A model generated the notes under the pieces. That model was not told where the DNA came from, did not search any database, and worked only from the letters and a program-made list of their open reading frames with translations. This document shows positions 12,594-23,754 of a stretch of DNA of 64,000 nucleotides, piece by piece. Location: positions 10,914,001 through 10,978,000 of the forward strand of contig NC_045698.1 in the NCBI RefSeq assembly GCF_009834535.1. The letters run 5' to 3'. Position numbers and translations under genes: made by a program. This DNA is from Camelus ferus. Its lineage: Eukaryota. Position 1 is the stretch's first letter. Each line of letters starts with the position of its first letter.

Positions 12594-13639
12594 GGGAAGC
12601 ACATTTTAAAGCAGAAAAGCAAATCTCCTTAGTCCTTCAATGATCATACATTTAATGCTTAAGATGGGTCATGATGACCAGGACAGCAACAAATGTTCTA
12701 GTTCAAAAATGCCTGGGATAAGGAGAAGAGATATATGAAGAATTTTTGCCTTTGAGAAACAGAGGCATATTTGAGAAGTTTTTGAAAATCTTTGAGAAAT
12801 CAGCATATTTAGCCTGATTGCAGCTCTCAAGCTTACCCTGAGGTCTTGTTCATTTTTCAATTTTATCCTTCTATTGGCAGAAAAGAACCAAAGTCTGCAT
12901 TCTCATTATTTTCTCATTTTATTGAAAAAGTCCTTACATTTCACTCATGTCCTCATTTTCCCAGAGACCACAAATGGTAAATGAAGATTTAGATAATATT
13001 TAAATGAGAAACATTCGAGAACAAGAATGAAAGTATAAAAATAGACCGTTTGTTTCTAACGCACAGCTATTATCTCATTAACTAGACTCTTTCTGATAGA
13101 CAAATACGTTTCAATGGAAAAGTAGGACATTCTACATAGAAAGTGATTGTTGGAAATTAAATATGAAATCTGAACTATTTGCAAATGAGAAAGCTCAGGA
13201 TCTGTATTCTCACCACTAGTTTAATTCTGCCCCCTTGTGTGTACAGGATGCATTGAAATGGGGCCAATCCACTTTACAGAAAACAAGGCAGGAATATATC
13301 ACAAGCTGCATTAAAATTGTATCTAGGAAGAGAACATCTCTCTAAAATCAATATAAACTTCACACTCTGCAGTAAAAATGATATCATAAGGATCAACTTG
13401 TGCAACAGACCAAACAGTGAAAAATCTGACGTGTAACTCTACACCCATGTGAAGCTTAGGGTGACTCCCTTATTTACCTCTATTACACTCTCGGTCAAGA
13501 CTGCACTTACTAAAGGAGAAAACATTTTTTTAAATTTCAACTCCAACTTATCAAAAGAATATTGGTTTTATTCTTGTATAGTCACTGCAGTTATTTAAAA
13601 TACCAAACACCTCAAATTCTTGTAAAGTTTTTACAGCAA

Positions 13640-14727
13640 AAATATCAACAGTGTACCAAGAGGTTTGTGATGTGGAAATAAAATACACAGCAATATTAGC
13701 ACAAAGATGGAAGAAGGCGTACATGAAATTAAACTGTTGTGAGATTTGTATATTGTATGAGGAGTCATACTATATTAATTCAAGGTTGACTGTAATAAGT
13801 TAAAGATGCACAATATAATCTCTAGAGCAATCACTAAAAATCACTTCATATATTAATGAAAGTGTCAATAAAAATTTAATAGAAAAAATCGAATGGAATA
13901 CTTAAAAAAACAATTGATCAATCCAAGAGAGATTCAGAGATGAGGATCAAAATAATAAAACAACAAAACAAACAGTTTTACAAATACATGAAAACATACA
14001 ACAAAATGATACAAATAACACAATTCTGTCAATAATTGTGTTAAATCTAAATGTGCTAAAAATTCTGCGTAGAAGACAGATTGTTAGACTAGATAAAAAA
14101 GCAATATTCAACCACATGCTATTTATAATAGACTCCCAATAAATGTAATCCAAAACATGAGAGCTCATGTGCCATACATCATCCCACAAAGTAGACTTCA
14201 AGGCAAGATGTATTATTGGAGGTAAAGAGTGATTTCATAGTGATAAAGCATCAATTCATCAAGAATATAAAATGCTACTAAATGTATACACATTATGACA
14301 GAGCTTCAAAATACATAAAGTAAAAGTTACAGAACTAAGAGACAAATTAAAAATTCCACAATAATAACTGGAGGATATTAACACCATATGCTCCAATTAA
14401 AATAGAGCACATACACCAAAAAAAAAAAAAATCATTTAGATTGATTGAAAAATTCTAACACCCCAAACACAATCATCTAGAATATTATACTCAACAGCTA
14501 TAGAACACACATTTTTTCCAATTAGATGTGGAATATTTATCAAGATAGATACAAAGCCTCTCTTTATAGGATTGAAATATACAGTATGTTACTCTTAAGA
14601 GAATTAAGTTAGGAAACTACAACAAAATAAATCCAGAAAATCATCAAATGTTGATAAATAAGCGAAATATTTGCAATAACTAATGGATTAAAGAAGTCAC
14701 AAGACGAATTAGAAAATATTTTGAACT
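13640..14727 (+). mobile_element. Old L1M inter-ORF region and ORF2 endonuclease remnant (left part)
   Basis: tcaataattgtgttaaatctaaatgtgctaaa (SIITLNVNGLN-like), caaagtagacttcaaggc, ataataactggaggatattaacacc (IIVGDFNT-like), ending aattagaaaatattttgaact. Confidence 0.85.
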
Positions 14728-14728
14728 T

Positions 14729-15397
14729 AGTGCTTTTTATTTTAGACTGTGTCATGTTTATGACAGACAAGAGCCACTTGAGCACAATAGTCTTGATGGA
14801 AAAAAATCAGAGGCATGTAAATGTTCTCCTCCTTTTTGAAACCCATGTTTACTCTCTTTCCGTGAAATAAGGCTGTATGGAAAACCTTGAACCGCAGTGC
14901 AACCCACAGAACTAACTTTGGTTCATCGATGCCGTGACACAGCTGTTCCAGCAGGAGACACGTCTTCTCTGCAGTGTGAAGCCAGTGATTACAGTGATTA
15001 GTGTACTCAAATCAGCTTTTGTCACCATTGTCTTTGACTAAGGAGGGCAGTGGGTTGATATGACGTTATTAGGCTCATTATTTTAAACAATATATGTATT
15101 TTGCCAGAATACTGAGATGGATGACCTCGAAGTCCAATTTCTTTACTGGTGTCTTTGTCCAGGGATAAAATTGATTTCCCATTTGGCATCAGGGCAACAG
15201 TACTGTCTTCATCAATATCTGTATTGTGAGTCTGTGAAAGTCACAAATCTGGGAATTGGGGTTGTCCTCTGCTTTCAGCAGATCCTGGGTAAACCAGTAA
15301 TTAACCTCACAGATGCCTCAACTTCCACATCCTGTATTGTAATAGTGTGTCTCCCTGAGACGTCAGGGTCATGAATTGTCATGTCAAAATTGATCTT
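14729..15397 (-). pseudogene. RPP40: Processed pseudogene (retrocopy) of ribonuclease P/MRP subunit p40
   Basis: Manual minus-strand translation gives RLRETHYYN (RPP40 HLVQTHYYNY); NTDIDEDSTVALMPNGKSILSLDKDTSKEIGLRGHPSQYSGK (NTHIDEDNTVALLPNGKLILSLDKDTYEETGLQGHPSQFSGRK); NNEPNNVIST; ITGF; EKTCLLLEQLCHGIDEPKL; VQGF...HGFQKGGEHL. Intronless, with stops and frameshifts, and AATAAA at 14736-14741 (minus strand). The RPP40 sequence is recalled from memory. Confidence 0.93.
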
Positions 15398-15931
15398 GGT
15401 GGGCCTTTTGTTGGGAAACTACTGATTTACATTTTGGCTCTTCCCATTCCCAGACCACCAAGTGCACCAGGGGCCCTTGCAGCCTGCCCTGCCTTGGGTG
15501 TGAATTAAACAATATTTAAACATGACATTAAAATTTATGGGATGCAACCAAAGCACAGCTTAGAGGCAAATTTATGGCTCTAAATACTTACATTTAAGAA
15601 GCTAGGAAAGAGAAAAAAAATCTTTAAAATAAGAAATTAAAATCAAAGTTATAGAAAAAAGAAGTAATTAATGTAATAAATAAAAGAGAAAAAAGCAAAG
15701 TAAATCAATACATTTCATATGAAACCTCTCTACAAGGCAGGAATTGAAGGGAAGCATCTTAACCCAATAAAGCATATACATGCAATGCCTATACATGACA
15801 TTGCACATAGTACATATATATATTGCATGATCCATATACATATGTATTATACATAATTGTGAAGGAATAGAAAGAGCAAATATGTGAATTTACTGACATC
15901 AGTAGTTTCCCAACAAAAGGCGCACCAAGAT
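15393..15931. repeat. 34-bp inverted repeat (arms 15393-15426 and 15898-15931, 33/34 identical)
   Basis: Reverse complement of 15393-15426 is atcagtagtttcccaacaaaaggcccaccaagat; 15898-15931 reads atcagtagtttcccaacaaaaggcgcaccaagat. Confidence 0.95.
15501..15790 (+). mobile_element. Continuation of the L1 ORF2 interrupted by the RPP40 retrocopy
   Basis: aaaatttatgggatgcaaccaaagcacagcttagaggcaaatttatggctctaaatactta corresponds to NLWDAAKAVLRGKFIALNAY, the segment that follows KYFEL (ending near 14727) in ORF2p. Confidence 0.85.
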
Positions 15932-16875
15932 TACTCCACAATAAGCTCCAGGCTGACAATCTCTATCTACAGGGCTTCTAAGTACACTTTTATTTCCCCA
16001 CTGTGACTCAGGAGCAAGAAACCAATTGTTGTCAGACATCTAAGGAAGACCACTAAAGGTAGAGATCCAAACAACAAAACAGAAAATAAAATATGCAATA
16101 AACACAGAAAACCTGGAGAAACAGAAAATATAAAGAACTTCAAACCAACTTTAATATTAACATCCTTAGAGGCGAGAAAATATTTTGCAACCACAAGACA
16201 AAAACAGGATGCATTAAAAATATAAGCAAAAACAAGAAAAAAAAAATCAGAGAACAAAACATTGCTCTTGGGAATTGAAACCTTCACATCAGAAATAAAA
16301 AATATGTGGAAGAGTTAGAAGATGAGGTTGAGGGACTCTGACAGAAAGTAGAGCCAAAAGTTGGACAATAGGAGAGAAATGGTAAGGAAATTAGAAAGAA
16401 AAATACCATATGAGATCACTCATATGTGGAATCAAAAAAAAATGAGCATAAATACAAAACAGAAACAGACTCAGAGACATAGAATACAAACTTGTGGTTG
16501 CTAAGGGGGCGGGAGGTGGGAAGGGACAGACTGGGATTTTAAAATACAGAATAGATAAATAAGATTATACTGTATAGCACAGGGAAATATATAGAAGATC
16601 TTGTGGTAGCTCACAGCGAAAAAAAAAATGAGACAATGAATATATGTATGTTCATGTATTAACTGAAAAATTGTGCTCTACACTGGAATTTGACACAACA
16701 TTGTAAAATGACTCTAATTCAATAAAAAAATGTTAAAAAAAAAAAAGAAATTAGGGGACCAGTCAAGGAAGCTTAACATTTGAATAAGAGTAGTTCTGGA
16801 AAAGAGAACAGAATCTGAAGGGGAAAAATCATCAAAAAATTATTCAAGAACATTTCAGAAAGTGAAGGACATGGC
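15932..16875 (+). mobile_element. Ancient L1ME/HAL1 5' region and ORF1 remnant
   Basis: agagttagaagatgaggttgagg...cagaaagtagagc; ttaggggaccagtcaaggaagcttaacatttgaataagagtagttctggaaaagagaacagaa...ttcaagaacatttc. Confidence 0.65.
16395..16746 (+). mobile_element. Young camelid-type L1 3' end, 5'-truncated, with poly(A) and TSD
   Basis: aaataccatatgagatcactcatatgtggaatc...gggacagactgggattt...gctcacagcgaaaa...aataaaaaaatgttaaaaaaa, flanked by gaaattag on both sides. Confidence 0.9.
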
Positions 16876-17143
16876 TTCACTTCTAGTCTCATGGTACAAA
16901 CCCTAAGTGATTTTATTCTTTTTTATGGCTTGTCTTCTATGAGATTTATATGAATCTTCAGCCCACACTCCTCTCTTGTACACTGAAATACAATTTTATT
17001 GCTACCAGACATCTTGTATTGGAGGCATAACGGTAAAACAAGTAGATATGCAAGCAACTTTAAAGAGAACCTTGCAGAATGGGCTAGAGTGCTTGAGTAG
17101 AACTTCCAAGTAAGTGAGACTGGAGATGCACCTTTAAGCCTTA

Positions 17144-17615
17144 TGTGTCAGTTTTCCACTTGCTGCTGTAATATATCACCACTAACTGAGAGGCTTAAAA
17201 CACAGATTTATTCTTATTACCCTGGAGGTCAGAAATCCAAAATGGGCTAATATCAGGGTGTCAGCAGCATTCTGCTTCTTCTAGGGACTCTAAGGGAGAA
17301 TCCACTTCCTTGTTTTTCCTGGATTCTAGAAGCTGCCAGCATTCTTGGCTCATGGCCTTCTTCCATCTTCAAAGCTAGAAATCATGTTGCTCTGAACTCT
17401 GCTTCTGTCTACTCCTCTCTTTTCTGACTCTGCTTCTCATGTCCTCCTCTTGCACTAATAAGGACCCTTATGACTATGTAGGCTTGCAAGGTAATCCAGG
17501 ATAATCTCCCCATCTCAAGATAATAAATTTAACCAGATGTGCAAAAGCCTTTTAGTCACATCAGGTAATGTAGCCACAGCTTCCAGGAATTGAGGCTATT
17601 CTTCTGCTTGTCACA
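17144..17615 (-). mobile_element. MLT1D-like LTR inserted into an L2 fragment (about 17050-17890)
   Basis: tgtgtcagttttcc...ggaggtcagaaatccaaaatggg...gggagaatccacttcc...taatccaggataatctccccatctcaaga...ttctgcttgtcaca. Confidence 0.85.
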
Positions 17616-18049
17616 GCTGGGTAGAATTGGGATCTCTAGGGAGAAGTCATGTTCCATATCATAAAAAAAATATATTCAGTATATTTCAGGGCAGTGAGGA
17701 AGCTTTCTGGTTGGTTTAGAGTCTTGTATTGGGATGTACGGAGTGAATGGATAACTGGGAGCTACTGTGGAGGAGCCATACTATGAAGAATGTTGGTTGC
17801 CCAAATCAGTGTATTTTGACTTTTCTGAAATCAATAGGAGAACTCTTAAGTTGTTAAAATATAGAATAAATGGTCCTAGAGCTGTACAGACTCTTAAGAG
17901 AAGTTCTGACCCCATCCCCTGCCTTTAGGAATGTAAAGTGTGATGATAAGAACATGAAGATAAGACCACAATAGGCCATCTGTTGTCTTACCTGAGGCAT
18001 CGATTTGGAGTATTAGCAAGCCTTCTCTTGTTATTAATGAAGGGTAATT

Positions 18050-18625
18050 CTGCTCTGGAAGGGGTGATACAAATTCTCTATGCATTACCTTGCAGAATAT
18101 TGATTTATTAGCTTTTCCTTTGGCCAAATGGAGAAGAGCAGGAATGTGTCTGAGCTCTTCTGCCAATCAAAACTTTTTGGAGCTGCAGATGCCAATTTCA
18201 ATATAGGTACCATGCTAATCAATTAGTATGTAATATTTTTACATTCCAGGGGAGATTACACTTAACCTTTGAGATCCATCTGGATTCAAGGGGGATTTTT
18301 ATGGACAAAACTTAAAAGAATGCTTGCTTAGTTACCAAACCTGAAAATAATTTAATCCTAGTGAATATTCCCAGCCGTCAACTTTATCTCAAAAATTTCT
18401 TCTAAATGGTTTTACTCTGGAATGCTCTTTCTTGTACCTACTTACACACCCCACCCCATATTTTCAGAATTCCTTATACCAGTGTAACTTATTAAGAAGG
18501 CTTGTGTATTCATCCTATAGATAGGATTTCATTTGGTAAGAATGGAATCAGAAATACAGGGTCTAAAGAAAACTGATACTTAACAGAAGACTATAGGAGT
18601 CAGGCTTTAAGAAAAGATAAGGGGG
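18050..18625 (+). repeat. Copy 1 of an ancient diverged direct duplication (copy 2 about 21710-22650)
   Basis: aactttttggagctgcagatgccaatttcaata (18171) versus aacttttggagttgcagatgccaatttgaata (21860), plus further collinear matches on both sides. Confidence 0.75.
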
Positions 18626-18962
18626 TTTAATATTCTTCTATGATTTTCCTTCTTGATGCCTCTTTTTGCACCATGTTATTTCAAAGTTGGACCTGAATAA
18701 GATCCACTTTCAGACTTTTAAATCCTTCCCCCCTCTAAATTTATACACATACATTTTGTTTAACGTCTTATGAGACAAATCTGCCATTTTTCTAAAAGAT
18801 GCAACTTTAACATCATTAAGCAACATTACTCTTATATCTAACAAGATTTTAATCCTCAGTATTATCAGAATACTTGAAGCAACTTATATCTCCTGTTTTT
18901 CAAACCTATCATACCTTCTTTTGTAAAGCTATTTTTTCTCTTTTGGACAGGGAAAAAAAGTA

Positions 18963-19093
18963 ATTTTTTACATTTTTTATTGATTTATAACCATTTTGCA
19001 ATGTTGTGTCAAATTCCAGTGTTCAGCACAATTTTTCAGTCATACATGGACATATACACACACTCATTGTCACATTTTTTTCTCTGTGAGCTA
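18963..19093 (-). mobile_element. Camelid L1 extreme 3' stub (~130 bp)
   Basis: Reverse complement gctcacagagaaaaaaatgtgacaatgag...gaaaaattgtgctgaacactggaatttgacacaacattg...aataaaaaatgt is homologous to 16610-16740. Confidence 0.9.
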
Positions 19094-20099
19094 TTTTTTT
19101 TCCTTCACACAGAATGATCTTACACCTTGAAAATGTTACTTTTTGAGCACAGCCCAACACACACTTAGTTTCTAAGGTGCAAGCATCATGGTTGGCATAG
19201 CAGAATAATCTAGGGACTAGATTTGCTAATTGAAGGATGGGCACCTCTATGTTTCTCCCACTGTGAGAGTGTGGGGAAATACCAGTTTTTAAAGTAAGGT
19301 TTTGCCATTCACAGAAACTTCAGGGAGATTTTCATCCCTTAATGTTTAACTGTTACACATTTCAATTCAGGCGAAATAATATCCCTTCAGTGATGTGTGG
19401 TTCATGAAAGAAGGTCAGCATGTAGAAAGCTATATGTCTTTTGTATCTTGAAATAAGGGATGAAGGACCATATTGTTCCTAGGTCCTTGTGCTCCAACAG
19501 ACAAAAGGTAGTACCAGGAAAGTACAGGCCCATATTTTCTAGCAGGGGCCATTTTTAATTAGCGCGTGACGATTAATCCTCTTCATCCTACCGTTGAGAC
19601 TTCTGACCACATCAGAGAGATTAGGAGCAGAGGAATGACGAGCACTCCTGGAGTGTTTGCTCACTGCTCCACACATTGTCCTGAGCAATGGACTTTCTTT
19701 AATGGAAGAAGGACAACTAGCAATCGTGCTGTGACAATGGCTAGCAACGGGTGGTGTGACAGCCCCAGAGGAGGGGTGGATCACCCACTGAAAAGTGATT
19801 AAATCAGTTCCTGCAGAGAATAGTGTATCAGTGCATCAGCTCTGTCTCCAAATGTGCTGTCCCTCATTCTTGTCCAAAAGCAGCCAACACTGAAATTATC
19901 TTAAGATAACAATGGTCACCTGTGAAATACATGGGATATTTGAACTTAGATGGAAACAATTATAAAGTTTTCTTGTTGACACAGGTCAAATGGAAATAGT
20001 TTGGAGATTGTTTTCTGTATCACTTGAGGGGAACAGAGTCCCCTTGGAGAAGTCAAGGACATTGGTAACTCTTGAACCAGGGGTTAGATTTTAGTATCT

Positions 20100-20340
20100 A
20101 CACCCTCTCCTCACTCCTTACCTCCTTCTGCTGGGCTATTTACTCTATTTTTTCATGGTACTTATTACCTTCTTATGTGCTTTATCCTTTCTTTATTTAG
20201 TTTATTTTAAAATTGTTTGTCTCAATGGTAAGCTCCAAAGAGCAATGATTATTGTTTTTTCCAACGCTGAAACCCAAGGACAGTGACTTTTATATGATAG
20301 GTGTGCAACAAGTATTTCTTAAGTGAATGAGTTAGTGAAA
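20100..20340 (+). mobile_element. L2 3' end
   Basis: aagctccaaagagc...gataggtgtgcaacaagtatttcttaagtgaatgagt. Confidence 0.6.
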
Positions 20341-21709
20341 AGAGTAGTTTTCATCTTTGATACATTTCAACAATACTTTAAAATAACTGTAACCCAACAT
20401 TATGCAACATACAGTTACATCAACCATACAAATTCCAGGGTCAGTACAGAGTCTAGAATCATTAGAAAATTTAAATCTCAATAAGATTCTTGCCACTGGA
20501 GGACCCTAAGTAATAATAGAATATCTCAACAACCTAACCATTAATATTTTATCTGGAGCACGTTCTAAACTTTAATTTGCTGAAGAGCTCAAGCTCATCA
20601 AAGCTATGGGTAGTGCATCTAGCAACTTCATGCATTTGCAATGTTTACTTTTTAAATAAACATTTGTCCTTTAATTGAGTTTGAAAATTTTTCACTTGGA
20701 TGGCATTGTTTCTAGGAAAAAAAAATCATATTAGTACTTGGTCTTCTGATGGCTAATGTTTTTAATATACTTGTACAATTACTAAGTTTAAATAACAACC
20801 TTCTATGGAGGAAAATCCTTACTTATAAGAGCCATGAAGATTGGTGCACTTTGGCTATGACAGGAGATGGGCTTAATGAAAATTTAACTTTTCTGGGAAT
20901 TCTGAGTTTGTATTGGCAGGTTTTAGATTATGAAAATTTTGCTTGTATTTAGTTATAACATAGTTAATAATTTTCAGCTCTTTCTTAAAAATTCATATAT
21001 GTATTTATATATGATATATGAACATATATTTACATATATGTGTATAATAAATACATGTGTATGAATATTTAATATTGGGATTTTACTGAGATTTAAATTT
21101 TTTTTGATGATTCTAGACTCTATTTTGACCCTGGAATTTGTGTGCTTGATGTAATGAGATCATTTTTTTCCCATGACCAAGAGTCCCTTTAAAGGGAAAA
21201 TTAAATTTTAAGCTTTAGAAGTTCCATATTTATATTTTGTTCAAGAGTTAACAAATCTATAATTCTACAATGGAAGTCTTTAAGGCTCTTGAGCCAGGAA
21301 TCTCTTGCTTAGGAAAGAAAGAAAAAGTTAAAGATTTTAAGCAGCAGAAGAAATGAGAAATTTTATGATAGCCTTCTGTGAGGCAACCCAGGTTGGGTGA
21401 GTTGAGGCTGGAGTTGGGACAGCCTCAGGTAAGCAGGTAGGGATCTGCATATTTCTGTTTCTGCCCAGGGTGGAAGAGAGATGCCACCAACAGAAAAACT
21501 TTAGCTTCCAGGAGAGAAAAGGACACTACAGAGAAAGATCTTTTATCTGCACACGTACCCTCCTGGATTGCAGGGGCACATCTGTGGAGAAGAGGCAGGG
21601 CCAGAATGTCAGGTTTCTCCTCTGATGACCCCGGTACCATTTTAGATCTCTCATGCTGTTCCCCACACCTGGTGTTTTCTATCATCTATTTTTTTTTAAG
21701 CCATGTTAT

Positions 21710-22650
21710 GCATCAGAAAAGGAAGATACAAAATCTTTTATACCCTTTCTTTTAATATAAGAAATCTGTCATCATCTGCTATTGATTATATTTTCCTTTA
21801 TCCAAAGGAATAAGAGACTGAATTTGAAGCTTTGGGTTAAATGAGTCCCAACTTTATATAACTTTTGGAGTTGCAGATGCCAATTTGAATACAGCTTTTA
21901 ATTACCATGTAATACTTTGAGATGTGGTGGGGATCCCCTTCTAGGAGACTATGTTAAACCCTTGAAGCCTACATGGTCCCAAGGGGATTCTGGGACATCC
22001 TAGTAGGACACTTCCCTGGTTACTAAATGTAAAACAGAATTTAAACTTTCAAAGGTTTTCAGCTTTAAACATAAGAGGTTATCTGAAATTAATTTACTAT
22101 TTAGAATTCCACACCCTCTTACCCCATCCTTTGAAACCCCTCTTTATCATTTCGGAATTACATTCACTAGCCACAGCAGTTAGGAGGGCTTACAACTTCA
22201 GAGCTACATAGAGAATTCCTCTTGCACAGATCGAGCCAGAAATAAAGGACAAAATATCATGCTATGGACTGAATTGTTTACCTCCAAAATTCATAGGTTG
22301 AAGCCCTAACTCCCCATGTGACTGTATTTGGAAATAGGGCCTTTAAGGAGGTAATAAAGGTTGAATGAGGTCATTTGGGTTGGGCCCTAATCCAATATGG
22401 CTGGTGTCGTTTTAAGAGGAGGAGGACACACTAGGGATGCATGTGCACAGAGGAAAGAACAGAGAGAGGTAGGTATCTATATGCCAAAGAGAGAGGCCTT
22501 AGGAGAAACCATCTCTGAGAAACCTCGATCTTGGACTTCCAGCCTCCAGATCTGTGGGAAATATATTTCCTGCCCAGTCTGTGGTATTTTGTTATGGCAG
22601 CCCTAGCGCTAGGCTGATACAAGTCATAAGACTTTAAAAAGAACATAGGA
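21710..22650 (+). repeat. Copy 2 of the ancient direct duplication, interrupted by an MLT1A LTR
   Basis: Collinear with 18050-18625; similarity resumes after the LTR (agtcataagactttaaaaagaacatagg versus agtcaggctttaagaaaagataagg). Confidence 0.7.
22260..22621 (+). mobile_element. MLT1A/A0 solo LTR
   Basis: tgctatggactgaattgtttacctccaaaattcataggttgaagccctaac...ggacttccagcctccaga...gtggtattttgttatggcagccctagc...ctgataca. Confidence 0.9.
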
Positions 22651-22684
22651 CACAGTTGGTATTTAAATTTGGGGCCCATTGGTA

Positions 22685-23272
22685 TGTAGGTTGTAAAAAT
22701 GGCCACACTTTTTTGAAGCTTCTTCCATTAAGAATTGGAGTCTCTTTCTTCACCACGTGGATGTCTTCTGTTTGCATCTCCAGAGCCACTTCCCACTTTG
22801 CCATCTTGCTCCTGCCCTCAGGCACGGACCAGCATAGACCACACCAAGAAGGTCTCCTGCCCTCTAGCTTCTAGCTGAGTCTGACCAATGGGGAGTGTCA
22901 GCAGGAGGTGGAAGAGAGATGAGGGGGCATCAGGGCATTGATTTGCCCAGGACGTTGCCTTCAGGGTCACCGCAGGTTGGTTTCCATTCTTTAAAGGAAG
23001 GCTTCAGTTATGGGCAAGTGGTCCTATCCACGCAGACCTCTGCCCTGGGGGCTGGTAACTGCCAGCTCCCTCCTTCTCTTCAGGCCTAAAGGTGGTAGCA
23101 AAGAACTTCTCTTCTAAGCCTCAGGGCCTGAGCACTGCACAGACATTTTTGTCCCCCCACCCCCACAACACCAGCCTATAGCTTTTAAATAATCTTTTTA
23201 CTAAACTCTCTTCAAATTACCCTCACCCGAGTGTGCCACTGTGTTTCTGCCAGAACTCTGACTGAAGGATAC
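22685..23272 (+). mobile_element. MLT1 5' fragment followed by an LTR33-like ERVL LTR
   Basis: tgtaggttgtaaaaatggccac (MLT1 start); ctcctgccctctagcttctagctgagtctgaccaatgggga...cttcaggcctaaaggtggta...taaactctcttcaaattacc...gagtgtgcca. Confidence 0.7.
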
Positions 23273-23754
23273 AATACAAAGTCTACACATTTTATTCCAC
23301 AGAAGAAATTACTTTGTTGGTGGCAGTTGGGTGTGTGTGGAAGATTAGCATTTCTTTTTTGAAATCGCAGCATATGTGATAATTTAGCATTTCTTTTTCT
23401 GCCTTCACTGTGGGTATACTACTGTCTATGAATTTATTTTCAGCCTGAAACTAAACATTTCTTCAAGGCTGGCCAGGCCAATTTCCTGGGTCTCACACTC
23501 AGAAAAATGGCAAGTGTCTGACTGCTTCTTAAAATACTTGCATCAGTTAGGAATTACGGTAACTCTATTAGCAACACGCTCAAAGAAAATCAAGGCTTAA
23601 GCAAGATAAGGAGTTGATTTTCTGTTAAGTAGTGAGATGCCCCAATTTTAGGCACAAGGTTGGTACATGTGGAAGATTGCAAAATTGACCACAATTTTTT
23701 CTGCAGATCTTCCTGTCAAGTAGTGAGGTCTGCTTCACTACCCCCATGATTCCA

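Noticed and set aside
19250..19280. Hairpin tttctcccac...gtggggaaa as a pre-miRNA
   Set aside because: Stem far too short for a Drosha/Dicer substrate.
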